Source of the DNA: Raillietiella orientalis
Taxonomy: Eukaryota
Direction: 5' to 3'
DNA length: 64,000 bases
Assembly (NCBI GenBank): GCA_036172245.1
Contig: JAYWIR010000043.1
Coordinates: 1,302,001 to 1,366,000, forward strand
Part shown: positions 42,601-55,848 of the stretch, piece after piece
How positions within the stretch are numbered: position 1 is the stretch's first letter
How the letters are laid out: every line of letters begins with the position of its first letter
Notes under the pieces: model-generated
The model's database searches: none
What the model was told of the DNA's origin: nothing
What the model saw: the letters and a program-made list of their open reading frames with translations, nothing else
Translations under genes and position numbers: made by a program

Positions 42601-45600
42601 ACGTCATGGCTTCCGGAACCGGGTGGGCAGCGTCAGAGAGAAGGAGCCGCGGGGAAGTGGCGGCGCGGAATACGAGGGCGGCGCGCCGCGGCGCCGTCTC
42701 CGTCCGCCCATCCCATGGCAGGGGTGACGGCGCAGCTTGCCATGAAACGCGGGAACCACGAGATGGGGAAGAGATGGGTCCTTCCTCCGTGATGGCCGAC
42801 TCCGAGAAGGCGGGCAGGATTCTCCGCACCATCGGCTCGACGAGGCCGTCTCGGGCTCTTCGAGCTGTCTGCGCGTCTCGGATGCTGCATCCGAGGAGCG
42901 TCCACCAGAGAGCTTCGTTTTCCACCGAGGTCTCCGTTGTTTCCTGGGACGGTGGCATGCGGGGATAGGCAACCGGAACAGCATGTGGGCGTGGCCACAT
43001 GCTGTTCCGGATCCAGGGGATCGCGCTGCCCTTGTGCCCCTCTCTTGTCCTTCCCAGGAACCTCCTTTCCAGGCAGATTTTCCGTGGCATGGAAAGGGAA
43101 GTAGAGGTGATGATGTGCAGACGTCGCATGTTTCTGTCTCCGGGGCAGGACCTCGGCTGTAGGCTCGAATGAATCTCGAGCGCTTCCGGAGAGCAGCCTT
43201 CCGGAAGTTTTCCGGAGTTTCTGTTGGGGTTTCCTTTCGAGGGAAGCCGCCCCTCCACTTCCTCATCACCACTACCTTAGACTCAGATCTCAGTCTCCGG
43301 TGGGGGAGGATTCCCCCGCAGCTCAGCCCACGGACGGCTTTCGAGGATGCTCCGTGTCCTTCCTGGTGGATGTATTGGAGCATTCGGGTCGCAGGCGGCG
43401 CGCTGCGAACCGACGGGGAGAGGAACAGCCGAAAACGGGAGGCCGGATGCCAGACGATCCCCGCGAAGGAGTCCCGCGGGCTCCCTGCTGGGAGGAAACA
43501 GGAAGAGTGCTCCGGGCGCTGCCGGACGGGTGGCGCACTTCTCGCGACTGAGGCGATCGCGCATCAGGCGGGACGCGGAGGGACTTCCTGCCCGGTTCTC
43601 TCTGAGGAAATTTCCAGGCTTTTCGAACTTTGAGCGGGATGGGGGGAACTTGGCAGCCAACGGAGTCCCGGAATGGCTGAGAAGCTGAGGTTAGTCTCTC
43701 AGCCGCGCTCTTCCCGCGAACTATGGGAGGCTGTAGCAATCACCTCCTCCTCCGCGTCGCTAAGCTGCCGACCGAAACGGCAGGCGGGCTGCGAAGGGCG
43801 GTTCAGCCTCAGAAGAGGGGAGGGAGGGGACGGGTAGCTTTCGGGAAGAGTCTGACTCGAGCTGGAAAGAGAAAAAAAAATTACCTTTTCCGAGGAATCT
43901 GCCCTTCCCGGCGAGGAGGAAGCAGAAGGAGGACTCTCGTCCCTCTGGATGTCACCTGGAGTCCCGGAAGAGAAGAAGAAAACCTGCTGTTCAGAGGATC
44001 CGGAAGCTGCGCGAATGTGCCCGAGGGCAAGAAAAGGAACTCAGGGTGGAAGAGGGGAGAAAAAAGCGACACTTGAAAAGCTGCTTACTCTTCGAGAGCG
44101 AGCGATCCGGGAAGCTGGACATCCTCAATTCTGGAGAGCTGAAAGCACATGCGTGTCAGTCGCTCCTCAAAGACGGCGTGGCGAGTGCGCAGGGAAGCAC
44201 GCAAAGGCTGTTCGGCAGTGCCGGCAGGCGACCCGACGTCTGCGGGACACTGAAGGAACCCTCGTACAAACCGCCAGGGGCGACCGACTCGTGGAGAGTG
44301 GGACGATGGGTGCCCTATCTTCGCGGATGGTGGTCAACGGCCCAGTGGAGGGCTTGCCTCCCTCCGGTCCCCTTCTCGGCGGAGATCAACCAAGGGCCAG
44401 TAGGAAGAAAAGAGTCCGGGATGGACTTCGATGCATCTCAGGTTTCTACTCAGAGCATGCGACACGGAGAAGGCAGAGAGACGATCCTCTCTCCGAGAGC
44501 ATCGCCTCAGGCCTGACCCAAAGAAGGAAGGGGTTTTCTTTTTTTTTCCCTTGGTTCGCTAACTGTCGCGCGCCTGGCGGCTCACGCAGCTCTTTCACAC
44601 TATTCCACGCCACCCGAGGGTGCGGGTAATTCTTCAAGATACTCTGTGAGGGAGCTACCCTATGAATCCAGGGCGGCCTCTGTAGGAGGGAATCCCGTTC
44701 CTCTCATGCCTAGGGAGGGATCCCCGAAGGGAAACCTCCACCCTCGTTGTCTTTGAAGAAAGCCCCGAAGGGAATTGACTTCCTTATTCTCTCCGGAAGA
44801 ACCCCCAGAGGAGTCCGTTTCATTTTTTCTCCTCCTGAGGGGAACCGCTCCTGTTTGCTCCTCTGAAGAGAAATCCGAACGGACCTTTCCGAATTTCCCC
44901 AGAAGGGCGCTTCCGAAAGAAGACAGGACGCTTTTTTGCACTCAGGAGAGGTTGCGTCAATCCACCAGCTCCATGATAAGAGACGGTGGGTCCCCGTACA
45001 AAGGAGGGATCCGCTCCATTGCACAACCGGAGGGGAACTCCGAAGGAAACCGGACTCCTTGATTATGCTTCCTGGAAGGACGCCTAGGGTCGACTCCCAA
45101 TCCCAGCCACTCATCGGAGAGATCTGGTTTAAACCGCTACCGGCGCCGCACCTGAATAGGGATCAACCAGCGTCATCTTCCGGTCTGCGTGCCGGTTACT
45201 TGGAAGGTTCCGAAAATTTTCGGACGTTGTAGGGCCGATGGCCCTACACATGTTTATTTTTAAAATAAATGTCCCGGCACACTCGGATGTTAAACCAGCG
45301 TCATCTTGCAGGAGGAACTTGAATCCACGACGCACTCCCATCTCTCGATGTCCATTCTTTTCGAGTATTCGAGTCCGCGATGCCTGGTGTCGCGCGTAGA
45401 CCGTCATCACATGGCCTCCGACACAAGCAGCCCTTGTGCTGTTCGCGTCCGTATCTTGATTTCCTTGGCAACCATCTTTTCCATGTCTTTTCCTCCTCCT
45501 TCTTCCTTTCTCCCCTTCCGATCACTCCTAAGGGCCAGTGTTTTTTTAGCATCACCAGCACCACTATCAGGGTGGTCAATCTGGCCAGTTCGACCTTCAG

Positions 45601-48600
45601 GAGCCTTTCTCGTACAGCATCCGAAGGCAACGAAGCATCCCAATCGACCGAATGGTCTTCCGCCGTTCCTCTCCGAGTTCGGTTGACAGCACGACGAACG
45701 GCGGTCCAGAGAGCCAGAAGGCGAGACCACACGCACGAGATTGGAAGTATCGCCTTCCTTATCCCTGCTTCCCTTCGGTGGATCAATCTATATTGGTGGT
45801 GGCAGCAGGGGATGGTCTCTTCCTCCCTCTTTCTGTAGTGTGAACTCGGCTAGAAGTTTCACTGTCTCCATCGCGATGCTGAAATGTCCTGTGGCTACTT
45901 GGCAATACCGACAAGAGGCTGCTGGGATGAGAAGAAGCGAGGCAGCCATTCGGGCACTTCTGCTCCCTAGGAAGCCATCAACCTTAGTCTGGCCGCTTCC
46001 TCTGTGAGGAAGGGAAGGCTTCGAGGAGAGGATCTTCGGTGTCGGGTGGGGAGGAATTCCTCGAGGCAGGGAAGCGGCGGAGGAAGACGGCTGCATCTCT
46101 GCTAGGAGATGCTGTCGTCTTTCTTGGCCGGCCTCTCGAAGTCTGAAGCACGAAAGGGAAGGATGGGAGTTGCGGTTTGGTTTGTGCATGCTGGGGAAGA
46201 CAAGACAGCAGGAGGTCGTCTAACCACGTTTGGCCATTCCAAGTGCGAAACACTTCCTTCAAAGATGTTGCTCCCAACCTGCTATTTTGGCCGCGGTTTG
46301 CATCCAGAGATGACGCAACTTCTCCCGCCTTTGCAATTTGTTCATTTGCCCGCCGGCGCGCGGCTCAAGATGGGGTGTCGCAGTTGCTTTCGTGGTGCTT
46401 TCTCTCAGGAGGCTCCAGGTTTGAGGCTTCCTTCTCCTGGCGGTTCACCTGTCCCGCAGCTTTCCAGCGTGCTGCAGCTTCTTGCGTCCCCGAACCCAGC
46501 ACTGCCCTTCCTTCCCCCCCCCCCTTTTCTTGCTATCTTGTTCTGCCCCAAAGCGATCTGCAGGAGCCGTCTGTTCGTGCCAGGAGGACGGCGTGTCAGT
46601 GCGGCTCCCGCTCGGATTCCCACTCCGCGTCGAGGGTCTTCCTTTTTGTCCTCAGGAGGTGTTGCGGGAGTCCGCTCCGCAACCCAGCAGGTTCGAGTAC
46701 CCGTCAGGGTCTACGCGCAGGGGCTTCTCCACGTTCACCTGGACGAAGAGCGCACGTGCACTCGTGGGTCTGCGAAAGCGGCTGGGCAGAACTCCGAAGG
46801 GATTTCTGGCTCGGAGAATTGCGCAATTCTTCCTCCCCCTCGCAGCGACAGAGCGGTTTGTCCCGCCTCGGTCCTTTTTGGGTTCTCTCCCTCCCTAGGT
46901 CTGATGTTCCCCGTTTCCGCTGCTCACCAGGGGAGCACGAGGGAAGATTCGCTCTCCGTTGTTGGCCAGCAAAGCTGGAGATGCTGATACTGCCGCTATC
47001 GGCGGCGTTTGGATTCGGGCTGGATCCGGGACACCGGAAAACCTCCGTGCGGCCACATGTCCGGAAAAGCGTGCAGACCCGGATGCCAGTCGACGTGAGG
47101 GCGTGCCGGAGACACCCAGACTCCGGAGAACTGGGGCTTGCCGGTCCTCTATGCTTTCCTGAACTGGCGTGGTCACTTCCGGTTTCATGTAAAAGATGAC
47201 GCTGCTGCTTCTCACGGGCCAGTCTATACCGGGCGATGACTAACAGTCGTCTAGGATATCCATCCAACTAGTTCCCTCCGATGCGGCCGTCCAAGCCTCC
47301 TCCTCCTCTTTTGTGTCCTCCAACGACGTGAGAAAGCGCACCCGTCGCGTAGATGGCGTTTGTTCCGGGCGAGCCGGCAACACTCGGTCACGGCTGCAGC
47401 AGAGAGAGTCCCAGGCAGGCAATTCCCGTGCGAAACGGAAAGCCAAGGATAAGCGACGAGCACGGGAATGATCGAAAATGCTTTTCCTTCGTCCTTTTCT
47501 GGTCTGATTCGCTGCCTGGGACTTCTGTCCCTTCATCCTACGATCATCAGCGTCAGCTTACTCGGTGTGTGCTGCCCCATACTGTCGAGCAGAGGTGAAG
47601 TGAACGTGGTGTCTTCCGGAACGAGGATTGCCGTTCAGGGAAAGGGAAAGGGAGGAGCAAACGTGAAGGACAGCAGTGCGGTAAACGAGCAATGCAGGGA
47701 AAAGGCGAGGTCTGTTAGCCTTTCGGAAACTGCTTCACTCTTTAGGCTGCATAAGAGGACTGGTAAGGGGCAAAGGGGGGGAAGGGGACAGCTAGCAATC
47801 TGGAAGGGAGGAAAGGGGAAATGCTCGGCATGCTTCGGCGGGACAATACAGGAGTTGTCCAACGCCGAATGAGGCCCATTCGAATTAGCACGGCAGGAAA
47901 ATTTTCCCAGAAAGAGCTTCGAGGGAGTACAGGTGGCAGATGTTCGAATTGCTACCATCCGTTCCTCGGCGCAACTTATCTTTCGCGGATGCGCGATTCT
48001 CCGGGATCAGTTCGCTCGCGGCGTTTCTGACATTCGAGAGGGATGCTTTCTCGAACGTCAGCAAACGAAGCCGAAGGAGGGATACACATCCAAACAGAGA
48101 TGCCAACGACGAGCGTCGTTAGCTGCAGTCTCACATTCCAGAGAATCCACGCGATGGCAATCAATATGGCAGCACACATGCAACCTTCCAGGTGCACGAC
48201 AGCAACGTCCGGCGCCTTTGGCACTGCACTTGGCGGGAAGTGAGGTGCTTGCAGTTTGACACGTGCACTCAACTGGATGTCTCGAAAGGAGACAAAACAT
48301 CGCTGCCGGCATCTCCAGTCTCATTTCCTCATCGTGTGCGTACGCTGCTGTTTATCGTGTGGCAAGCTCTCCCATCCACTTCCGATCCATGTGCGCAATA
48401 GTTCTAATCGCATTGTGCTCGTTGCTTTGTGTTGTACGGATCACGGGTTATCGAGCCGAAACAAAAGTATGCTCTTGCCTGCAATTCATCTCCAAGTGGA
48501 TTGCATTTTTCATGTCGATGGGGAATATGGAAGAAGATACCAAAGGGAAGCATTTTTGTTCTTTTCGAATATCCTTGATGTTCATCCCGGTTTCTTCTAT

Positions 48601-51600
48601 TATTTTCTGGAGCATCTCGTTGTTATCGTACAGCTGTCGATTAGCCTGTCTTAACAAATACAGCGAATTATATTGAATTCGTTATCACCACATCATGGAT
48701 TGCTTTTGTACGCAAACGAATAGTTAGCTCACGCGACGTCACGAACTGCATTTTTCGAAAATCCGCCTATCCTCATTGAGGGAGTTATTGGGCTCGTAAA
48801 ACAGGAAATCGCTCCTGCTCAAAAGATTCCAAGTTTCATAATGTAAGTGCACCGTGACGAAGGAGCCACGAAGATGAAGTAAAAAAAAGGAAAGAAAGAA
48901 GATCCATGTCTCCGAAGAAAGTGTTTCTAGATGGTTCCAGAGTTCACCGGTTAACAGTACGGAAGAATACGGCGGATGAGGGAACGACCCTCCCACTTGC
49001 ACCAATCCTTCAATTTTGATGCGCCTCGTAAAAGGCTGGAAGGGTTTCGCTTCCGCGTCGATATGATAGGACACGAACACGCACTCCCTGTTTTTTTTTT
49101 TTTTTTTTTTTCTATCTGCGGAAAACAGAAAGTGGTCGGCGTTCGATATTTTCCAGAAAGGAGAGTGACTGAACCATAGCACGGGAACACATGGAAGGCA
49201 GCAACGGTGGCGGTGTGCGCCTCTTAATTGAACATAGCAGAGAGCGTCCAAAATTTTGGCAAACGGTGGAGGGGGAAGTCTTCCCTCAGGAGAAGAGATC
49301 CCGAGTGTACGTGCTTGCAGGAAAACATCGGACCCGAATTCGTGGCGACGACGGGAAAGTTACGTTCCGAAAGGTCTCGGGTTCTCTTTTTCGGCGTGTC
49401 CCTTAGCTGACGTGCTTTTTTCTTTTTCTTTTTTTTTTTTGGCTTCCGCCTCACCCTAGCAAATTTTCTACAAAGAATCTGCCGCCGCTTCTCCGTCTGA
49501 ACAGAAGCACCTAAAAGAAGAGGAGACATCTTCCTCTTCTTCTTTCCTCGGCAAACTTTTCACCGCGATGTCTTTTGAATCAATACGCTGCTGACTTTTC
49601 ATTGGTTTCTTCGGTGCCGGTGTTCGGTCGAAACTTCGTATCACAGTTGATCACGCGGCATCCTCAATTTGCTGGTCACTTCTTATCATTCGCACTCTGG
49701 AAGAACTAATGAACCGTTCACGATCCGTTGAATGGTCTCTTTGAACCTTATCGCGCGGATTTCGCTCCCATGAAGCCATATCTTCCGAGCGCTTCCCTTG
49801 GAGTCTGAGATCGCACTGCTTTTTTCCTCGAAAGGGGGCGATGCCTCCCGATCGCAAGGAACTTCCTCGTGTGCCTTCGGAAGGAGAAGATGCATCGTCT
49901 TTCTCTTTTAAATGGTAATCCTCGAGATGAAATGAGCTTCTGGGGATTTGCATTTGCGTCAATCTTGGAAGATATCGTTCTTTTATGTGCGATCTTTATG
50001 AATTCTCAGATTCTGTCGCTCGGGATACTTTCCACGCCAGCAGTGGGGGCGTATTAGGGAGTTCTTCAGACATCGCTGCGATCAATCATGCCACGAGGAA
50101 AGATAGCAGGGACTGACCATCCATCAGACCATTACTGAAATTGGCATGATGATTTCGATATACTGTTGCAATGGAAACGCAGCCTGCGCCCGACTACTGG
50201 ATAGCACGGAGATTGAACACGCAAACGTGAATGAAGTTTGCCCTTTTTCAAAGATGTGGAACTGAGGTTAGGTGGATAAAAACCGTTTCCAAAGAAAGAA
50301 TCCTATAGATTCTGAAGATAGAATCCTACTCATTTAAATGAATCTCTCTCTCTTTTTTTGTTCTATTTTTTTTTTTTTTTTTGTAAAAAAAAAAAAAAAA
50401 ACGTCTTCGTTTTCATCTCTCGTCAAGAAAACAAAATTCTTACTGTAGGAAGTCCATTTGGCGCTGCATGTTGGCCTGTTGCTCCATGTACTCCACCAAC
50501 AGATCTCTATCGCTGAAGACATGACAGTTAGCAATGGACAAAAGGTACTTGCAAGGTGGTGAATCAGCTGAAGCAAATAATTTGCGGCGGTCTTGCTCGT
50601 TCGTCTCCGTGCTGCATCAGCTTCGCGGTGGAAGAGGAGGAGGAAGACGTGGGTCTCTTCGCAAAGCACGAGAAAGACGCACCCACCCAACATTCGAGTT
50701 CAACCGCAGGAGGTGCCGTGCTGCTTCCGGCACGCCTCCCTGCCGGACTTCGCTGCCAGAGCTTGCGTGGCATCATCACTTTGGTAAATTGGCAAGGCGG
50801 CCATTTTTCCCAACTACGAGTTTTCCATTGGCTCCCGGAAAGGGGTGACCGCATTGTCCTCGGCGCTCTGGAGAGGGAAGAACCTCTGGCGTCCCCGTCC
50901 GTCCTCGAAGGGAAATTTCGGAAGGCGAAAGTGCTGAGAGCCGTCCCGGAAGAGATGCGTTCCTCGCACCGGCGCGATCGATCCGGAGGCGGCAACGAGG
51001 GCTGCCCGGACGATCCCGGCTCGAGCACTGCGAGGTCATCGCGGGCTCAAAGGGGGGAAGGTGGGAGACCACGCGATCGACCACGAGATCCCAGGAACCC
51101 AAGCTTGCGTGGTTTCCGTCGGATCCACAGAGGCGATCCCGGGAGCGACGACGGCGTTCCGAAAAAACCGGAAATTTCGAGAACGCGTGCGAGCCAGCGC
51201 AGCCGGATGATGGCGCTGTCCGACGTCCGGCAGAGCCGGGAGGATTCGCTCTCAAGACCGAGGGTGTAGATCTAGGCTCTTCGCGCAATCAAAAGCAAAG
51301 GGGCTCGGCTCGGCAGCGACGACCCCGAGGCGCCGAATGACGCTGAGCCAACTCACCGGGACACTGAGCGACTCCCCCTACCTCCCCCTTCCGCGACCGG
51401 TCTCTCGGTCCATTTCGCTCGTCCGCTCCACGAGAAAGGGAGTAAGGGACTCAGAGACCGCCGCTACTTTCCTAAAACAAGAAGCACCAGCAGCTGACTG
51501 GCTTGACCCCGGAAACGCGTCCCGAAGACGGGAAGGAAAATCTCTATCCTCACCGGAACTCTATGCGTGCCTCTTCCTATTTCCCTTCGAGCCTCCTCTT

Positions 51601-54600
51601 CCCCCCTCTCTCCAAGAGTCGCCTGCTCTCCTCCTGAGACCCGTTCCTGAGGCAGCTCTTCCCACACGCCACCCGAAAGGGTTCTTCGTTCCTTCCTTCA
51701 AAGAGCAGGTGCTCCTGACGGCACAAGCAAGGACCGACTGGGACCCCACACCATCCCCTCCCTCCTCCTATCTGCATCCGGGTTCGGGCGCTAGCGCTCA
51801 TTCTAGCGGTGGCTGGCTCATGAAACCCCTGAAGATCCAGAGGATAAGGGGTCTGACTCCGCGGGATGCGCTCCGACAGAAGGGATGCCGCACCCTTCCC
51901 CTCGTGGGGAGACGAGAGGAGCAAACCTTCAGTGCAGGGAAAGCATGCACCTCCCGGAGATGGAACAGTGGTGAGTTGGAACCGCCCAATCTGGGGATCA
52001 CATATTGGCGATGCTGATGGAGCTTCCTCCTCCGGGAGGGGTGCTGGGAAAGGCCGATCCTCAAGTCGATCCATCTGCCTAAATGGGCCATGTTCCTTTC
52101 AAAAGAAGAGGACCGTATCTCGTCCCCACCAGCATTCCCCCACCCCACCCCCTGCTCGCGAGCGCGCGCGCTTGAGGGCGCGGACTAGCGCAGCGGCGTG
52201 TGTGCGCCTCGAGGTACAAGCCCGTGCGGAGCCCCGTTCCCTTCCCGAAGCGGACCCCAGTCCTCCTCCTCCTCCTACCTCTTCTTCTCCAAATCCCCTT
52301 CCAAGACGTGAAGACCTGGGAAGGATGGATCCCCGGAGACGACAAGAAAGATTCCCGTCTTCCGGATTCCACCTCCCTTCGCTTTCGGCCCTCGTGCGCC
52401 CTTCCTTTCCCTGGGGAGCGACTCCGCCCCCACGGAATCAATTCTCCGGAGGGAGAGGAAGTGTGTTCCTCCGCGCGAGGGGACTCCGCTTACGTCGCGA
52501 GCTCCTTGCACTTCACGTTGTACTGGGACTTGAGCTCCGACATCTCCGTCCTGAGGAGCGCCATCTTCATCTGGATGTCCTGCAGGGTCCTCTTCAGGAG
52601 GTAGTTCTCGTCCGAGAACATCTCGAGGTTCATCTTCATCGAGTTGGTCTTCTTCTCTTCCACCTCCTGCTTGGCCAGCCAGCTGTCGACCTGCGAGCCG
52701 CAAGGTTATCGGCCATCGAGCAGGATGGCGTGCGCGGCCGCAGCTTCCTCCTCCCTCCCTTTCTCGCTTCCTTCTCTTTTACCTTCTCGAACAGCTTGGC
52801 GTAGTCCTTCAGCTCGTTCATCTGGTTGTCGAGGTCCTCCTGGAGGAGCTTCTTTTTCAGGCCGGCTTGGATCACGGCCTTCCGCTCCGCCTGGGCTTCG
52901 ACCTTGGCAACCTGCTCCCCCAGTTCCTCCTCCAGAGACAGGAGGTTGTGCTCGTGATCTTTCTTTTCCCTGGGCAGCATGGGAAGGGGGGGGGGGGGGA
53001 AGCAACCGGAATGGCAGCCCTCCAGCCTCCATCCCCTCGCTTACTTCTGGTAGATGCTTTCCAGCTTCCGATTCTCCTGGTGCAAGCCCTGGATCTCTCG
53101 GAACAAGGATCGCAACGTATCTTCGTACTTCCGGACGAGGGAGGAGAGGTGACCCTGTGTCTGAAGGTCCTGGTAAATCTCCAGGAGCTTCTCCTGGCTT
53201 CGGAGAGAACCGAAAAGAAGGCAAAATCAGGTTGGTCAGTTCAACGCCTCCCCCGTCCCCGTCCTCTTAATCCCGGGCGTACGAGGGAAGCAAAGGAACG
53301 AAACCTAGGGCGACCCCTGAGCCTAAGCAAGGAAAGGAGCGGAAAATTCGGCCTGGGGCCCTTATGGGCCTCCCCGCAAAATCCGTTGAAGAATCCCTCA
53401 GCCTCTGCGGGTCTTCGACCACCTTCCAATTTTCTCCTAAGCTTTTTTTTCTCTCGAACTCAGAAGCGCCAACGTCTCTTACGGCCAGCGGGCGGGCCTG
53501 CCATCGCCACTGAAAGCGCAGCGGAAGGGAGGGCGAAATTCTCTCTCCGATGGAAAGAGACTCGCAGACCGACCGTCATGCTTTGTTTGCGAGGGGATGA
53601 GACGGGGCTGTCCCTCCTCCCCAGCCTCACGAGAGCTCCCTAACCCTGCGATTGGGGACGGCAGCCGACACGGAATCATGAAGAGGATCAGGAAGACAGC
53701 AAACGTGGCTTTCGGCCTGATCCCGCTCTGAAGCTGAAATGAGTGTTGCCTCCACTTAAAGTTGCGCAGGGTTCCGCGAGAAGGAGGCTGGGAGAGCTCG
53801 TGCATCCCGCATTTTCCTTCGAGCGACTTAGTGTCCCTCCATGAGCGAAGCTTAACTGTCCTTCCGCTGGTTTGTTCTTTCTAAGAGATTTTCAAACGGG
53901 AATTATTTTCAGTGACGGAGCGAACGCACGTCATGATTCATCTACGTGATACCGGTGGCGTTCCTGTTTTCTTTCCCGGATATGGCACGTAACCTAGCAA
54001 CGGGCGCGATTCTGAGAATCCTGCGGTAACGTGAAACGGCAACAACGTGGGGGACGAGAGTTTCGGATTTTCGGACAAGATTCGGCACATTTGCCTGTAG
54101 CGACCCGTTGGAAAGTGAGATGTGTCTGAAAGCGTGTTTCCGGTAGCCATGAACTGCCGGACTTCCGCTGTAAACCACGCATTGCCAGCAGGCGTGACGT
54201 GTATGACGCGGACATCTTGGGGAAGTTCGGGACAGCGCTGAATGCTCTAACACATCCCTCCGATTTAGGAATTTCTGCTTCGTGTGGTGTGTCCTGCAAT
54301 GCGACGAGAACATTTCGATGTTCCTCCTCAAGGATATTCCATTTCTAGATTACAGCGCGTTTACAAGGAGAGGGGGAGGGGGACGCGGATCGACCACCTG
54401 ACTGCTGCTGCATGTGTGCAAAAATGAAGACGAGGATAGAGAGCTGCATCGTGCTCACTCGTCAGCAGCATATGTTTGCATATGTGCTCGTCCTTATTGA
54501 CGTTTCACCCTCTCAACCGAACGCTCGCGCTTTCCTTGTTTACACGCATCTCTACAACTCCCTACGCACAACCCATTTCACCATAAGCGGGCGAGACCAA

Positions 54601-55548
54601 GGCCCTAGGAAGGAGTCAGTCGACCTAAATATCCCCGAGGGTGGTGGCAGCTGGAGTTTCACCTGCTTCGAAAACCCGTAATTCCAAAGATCGCCCGCGA
54701 GTCGGGAGGAAAACCCTTTCACGTTATCGAGGAATGCCGACGGGTTGGTAATCATTTGCTTAGGAACCTTTGCCTTCGCAAGTGGACGCACGCTAAGCAA
54801 ACAGAGGACGGTTCCCGATAACGCGAATTCATAAGGTGATCATTATCACCTTCTTCACGTTTGGAATGTTTTTTTTTTTTTTTTTTTGTCCCGCTGAGAT
54901 GCAAAGCGCGGAAAAGGTCCAACGGTTGTGAACGCTGATCCAGGATTCAGCTGAAGCAACCGCAAGCACCAGAGTTGCCATGAAACGAGGGCGTCTCCTA
55001 TGTGTTCATCCCCCGGAGGCGCCTTCGGGAGAAACTGCTAGCCAGGACCACTTGAAGGCCGTGCAGCTATATCGCACTCGCGCGGCAGCACACGCCAATT
55101 CTGAGGGGGAGCAGAGAGGGGCGAGGGAGGGGGAAAGGAAAGGGAAGAGGCGGAAATACTTACACATAGGGGATTTTTACCTGGAGAGGTGGATGGGATA
55201 ATTGCATTCGACATCGTTGAGGTTAGCAGAAACTATTTCCCAAGTGTTGTGCAGACTCTTCCTTCTGGAATAAAGCTCGTTGGCTTCGTCCATCTCCGAG
55301 TCGGCCCCCGAGGATTCCAGGAAATGGTGGAACCCGTCGTAGAAGTCGTCGAAGTCGATCCTTCCGTCCCGATCATGATCGAGGTCCTCGAATATGATCT
55401 GGGCGTCCTCGGCCTGGATCCCGATGCCCTTGCACAGGTCGATGATGCCTTCCAGGTCCAGAAAGCCGTTCCTGTTCTGGTCGCAGGAGTCGAACAACTG
55501 TTTCAGCCGGGACTTCACTTCAGCCGCGTCTCGGTTGGTCACTTCCAT
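36687..55548 (-). CDS. RASEF: Ras and EF-hand domain-containing protein (Rab45). Supported exons: 55548-55181, 53197-53045, 52969-52783, 52690-52494, 50512-50444, 48649-48541, [central exons unresolved], about 38520-38232, 37391-37320, 37271-37147, 37065-36857, 36789-36687
   Basis: Two EF-hands (DQNRNGFLDLEG, DHDRDGRIDFDDF). Coiled coil with QANRQLYDNNE. Rab motifs GDASVGKTS, TLGVDF, WDTAGQERFKS, NKTD, ETSAK. C-terminal prenylation motif CCSSG*. Confidence 0.93.
44575..45423 (-). mobile_element. tRNA-headed dispersed repeat, copy 2, in a RASEF intron, with a 113 bp internal insertion
   Basis: Reverse complement begins TGTCGGAGGCC...CGGTC...GACACCAGG...GGACTCGAATAC and ends GAGCCGCCA. It contains GATGACGCTGGTT and TCCTTCCAGGA. 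Confidence 0.75.
45440..46420 (-). mobile_element. Heavily deleted Ty3/gypsy pol relic (RT-RNaseH-IN order)
   Basis: In order: SSLDANRG (fssLDl..G), WLDDLL (YLDDil), FPFVLQT (PFiLqTD), QVATGHFSIAME (vi.DyFtkw.E), VNRT...DWDASLP. Confidence 0.6.
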
Positions 55549-55848
55549 GGTGCTGCCAAGCTTCGCAGGTCATGCCATGGCGCAGCGGTCTCGGATCACA
55601 AGGGGTCCAACGGGGCGGCGAAGAGCTGAAACAGAGAGCGACCACTGAGATCACTTGAAATACATCCTCCCCTGAAAGTGGGGAGGTACCGTGGCCGGCG
55701 CGCGACCTGACCTCTTGCCGCGAAAAGGAGAAACGGCTCCCCGCACGCCGGGGAGCCGGCGGTGCGCCGCAACGTTCGACGCAAACTCTTCGCGCTCGAA
55801 AACCCGACGGAGGAGGCGCGCGGGGAGGGAGGAGGGATGAACGAGCGC

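Noticed and set aside
40740..43400. Specific central RASEF exons
   Set aside because: Candidate splice sites exist (e.g. about 41061-40994), but the linker is poorly conserved and phases cannot be fixed by eye.
45228..45248. Bacterial GTAG-type REP element / horizontal transfer
   Set aside because: A single 21 bp hairpin with no bacterial context; too short to support that origin.
48058..48324. Cys-rich minus-strand ORF as another EGF relic
   Set aside because: Cys spacing does not fit EGF convincingly.
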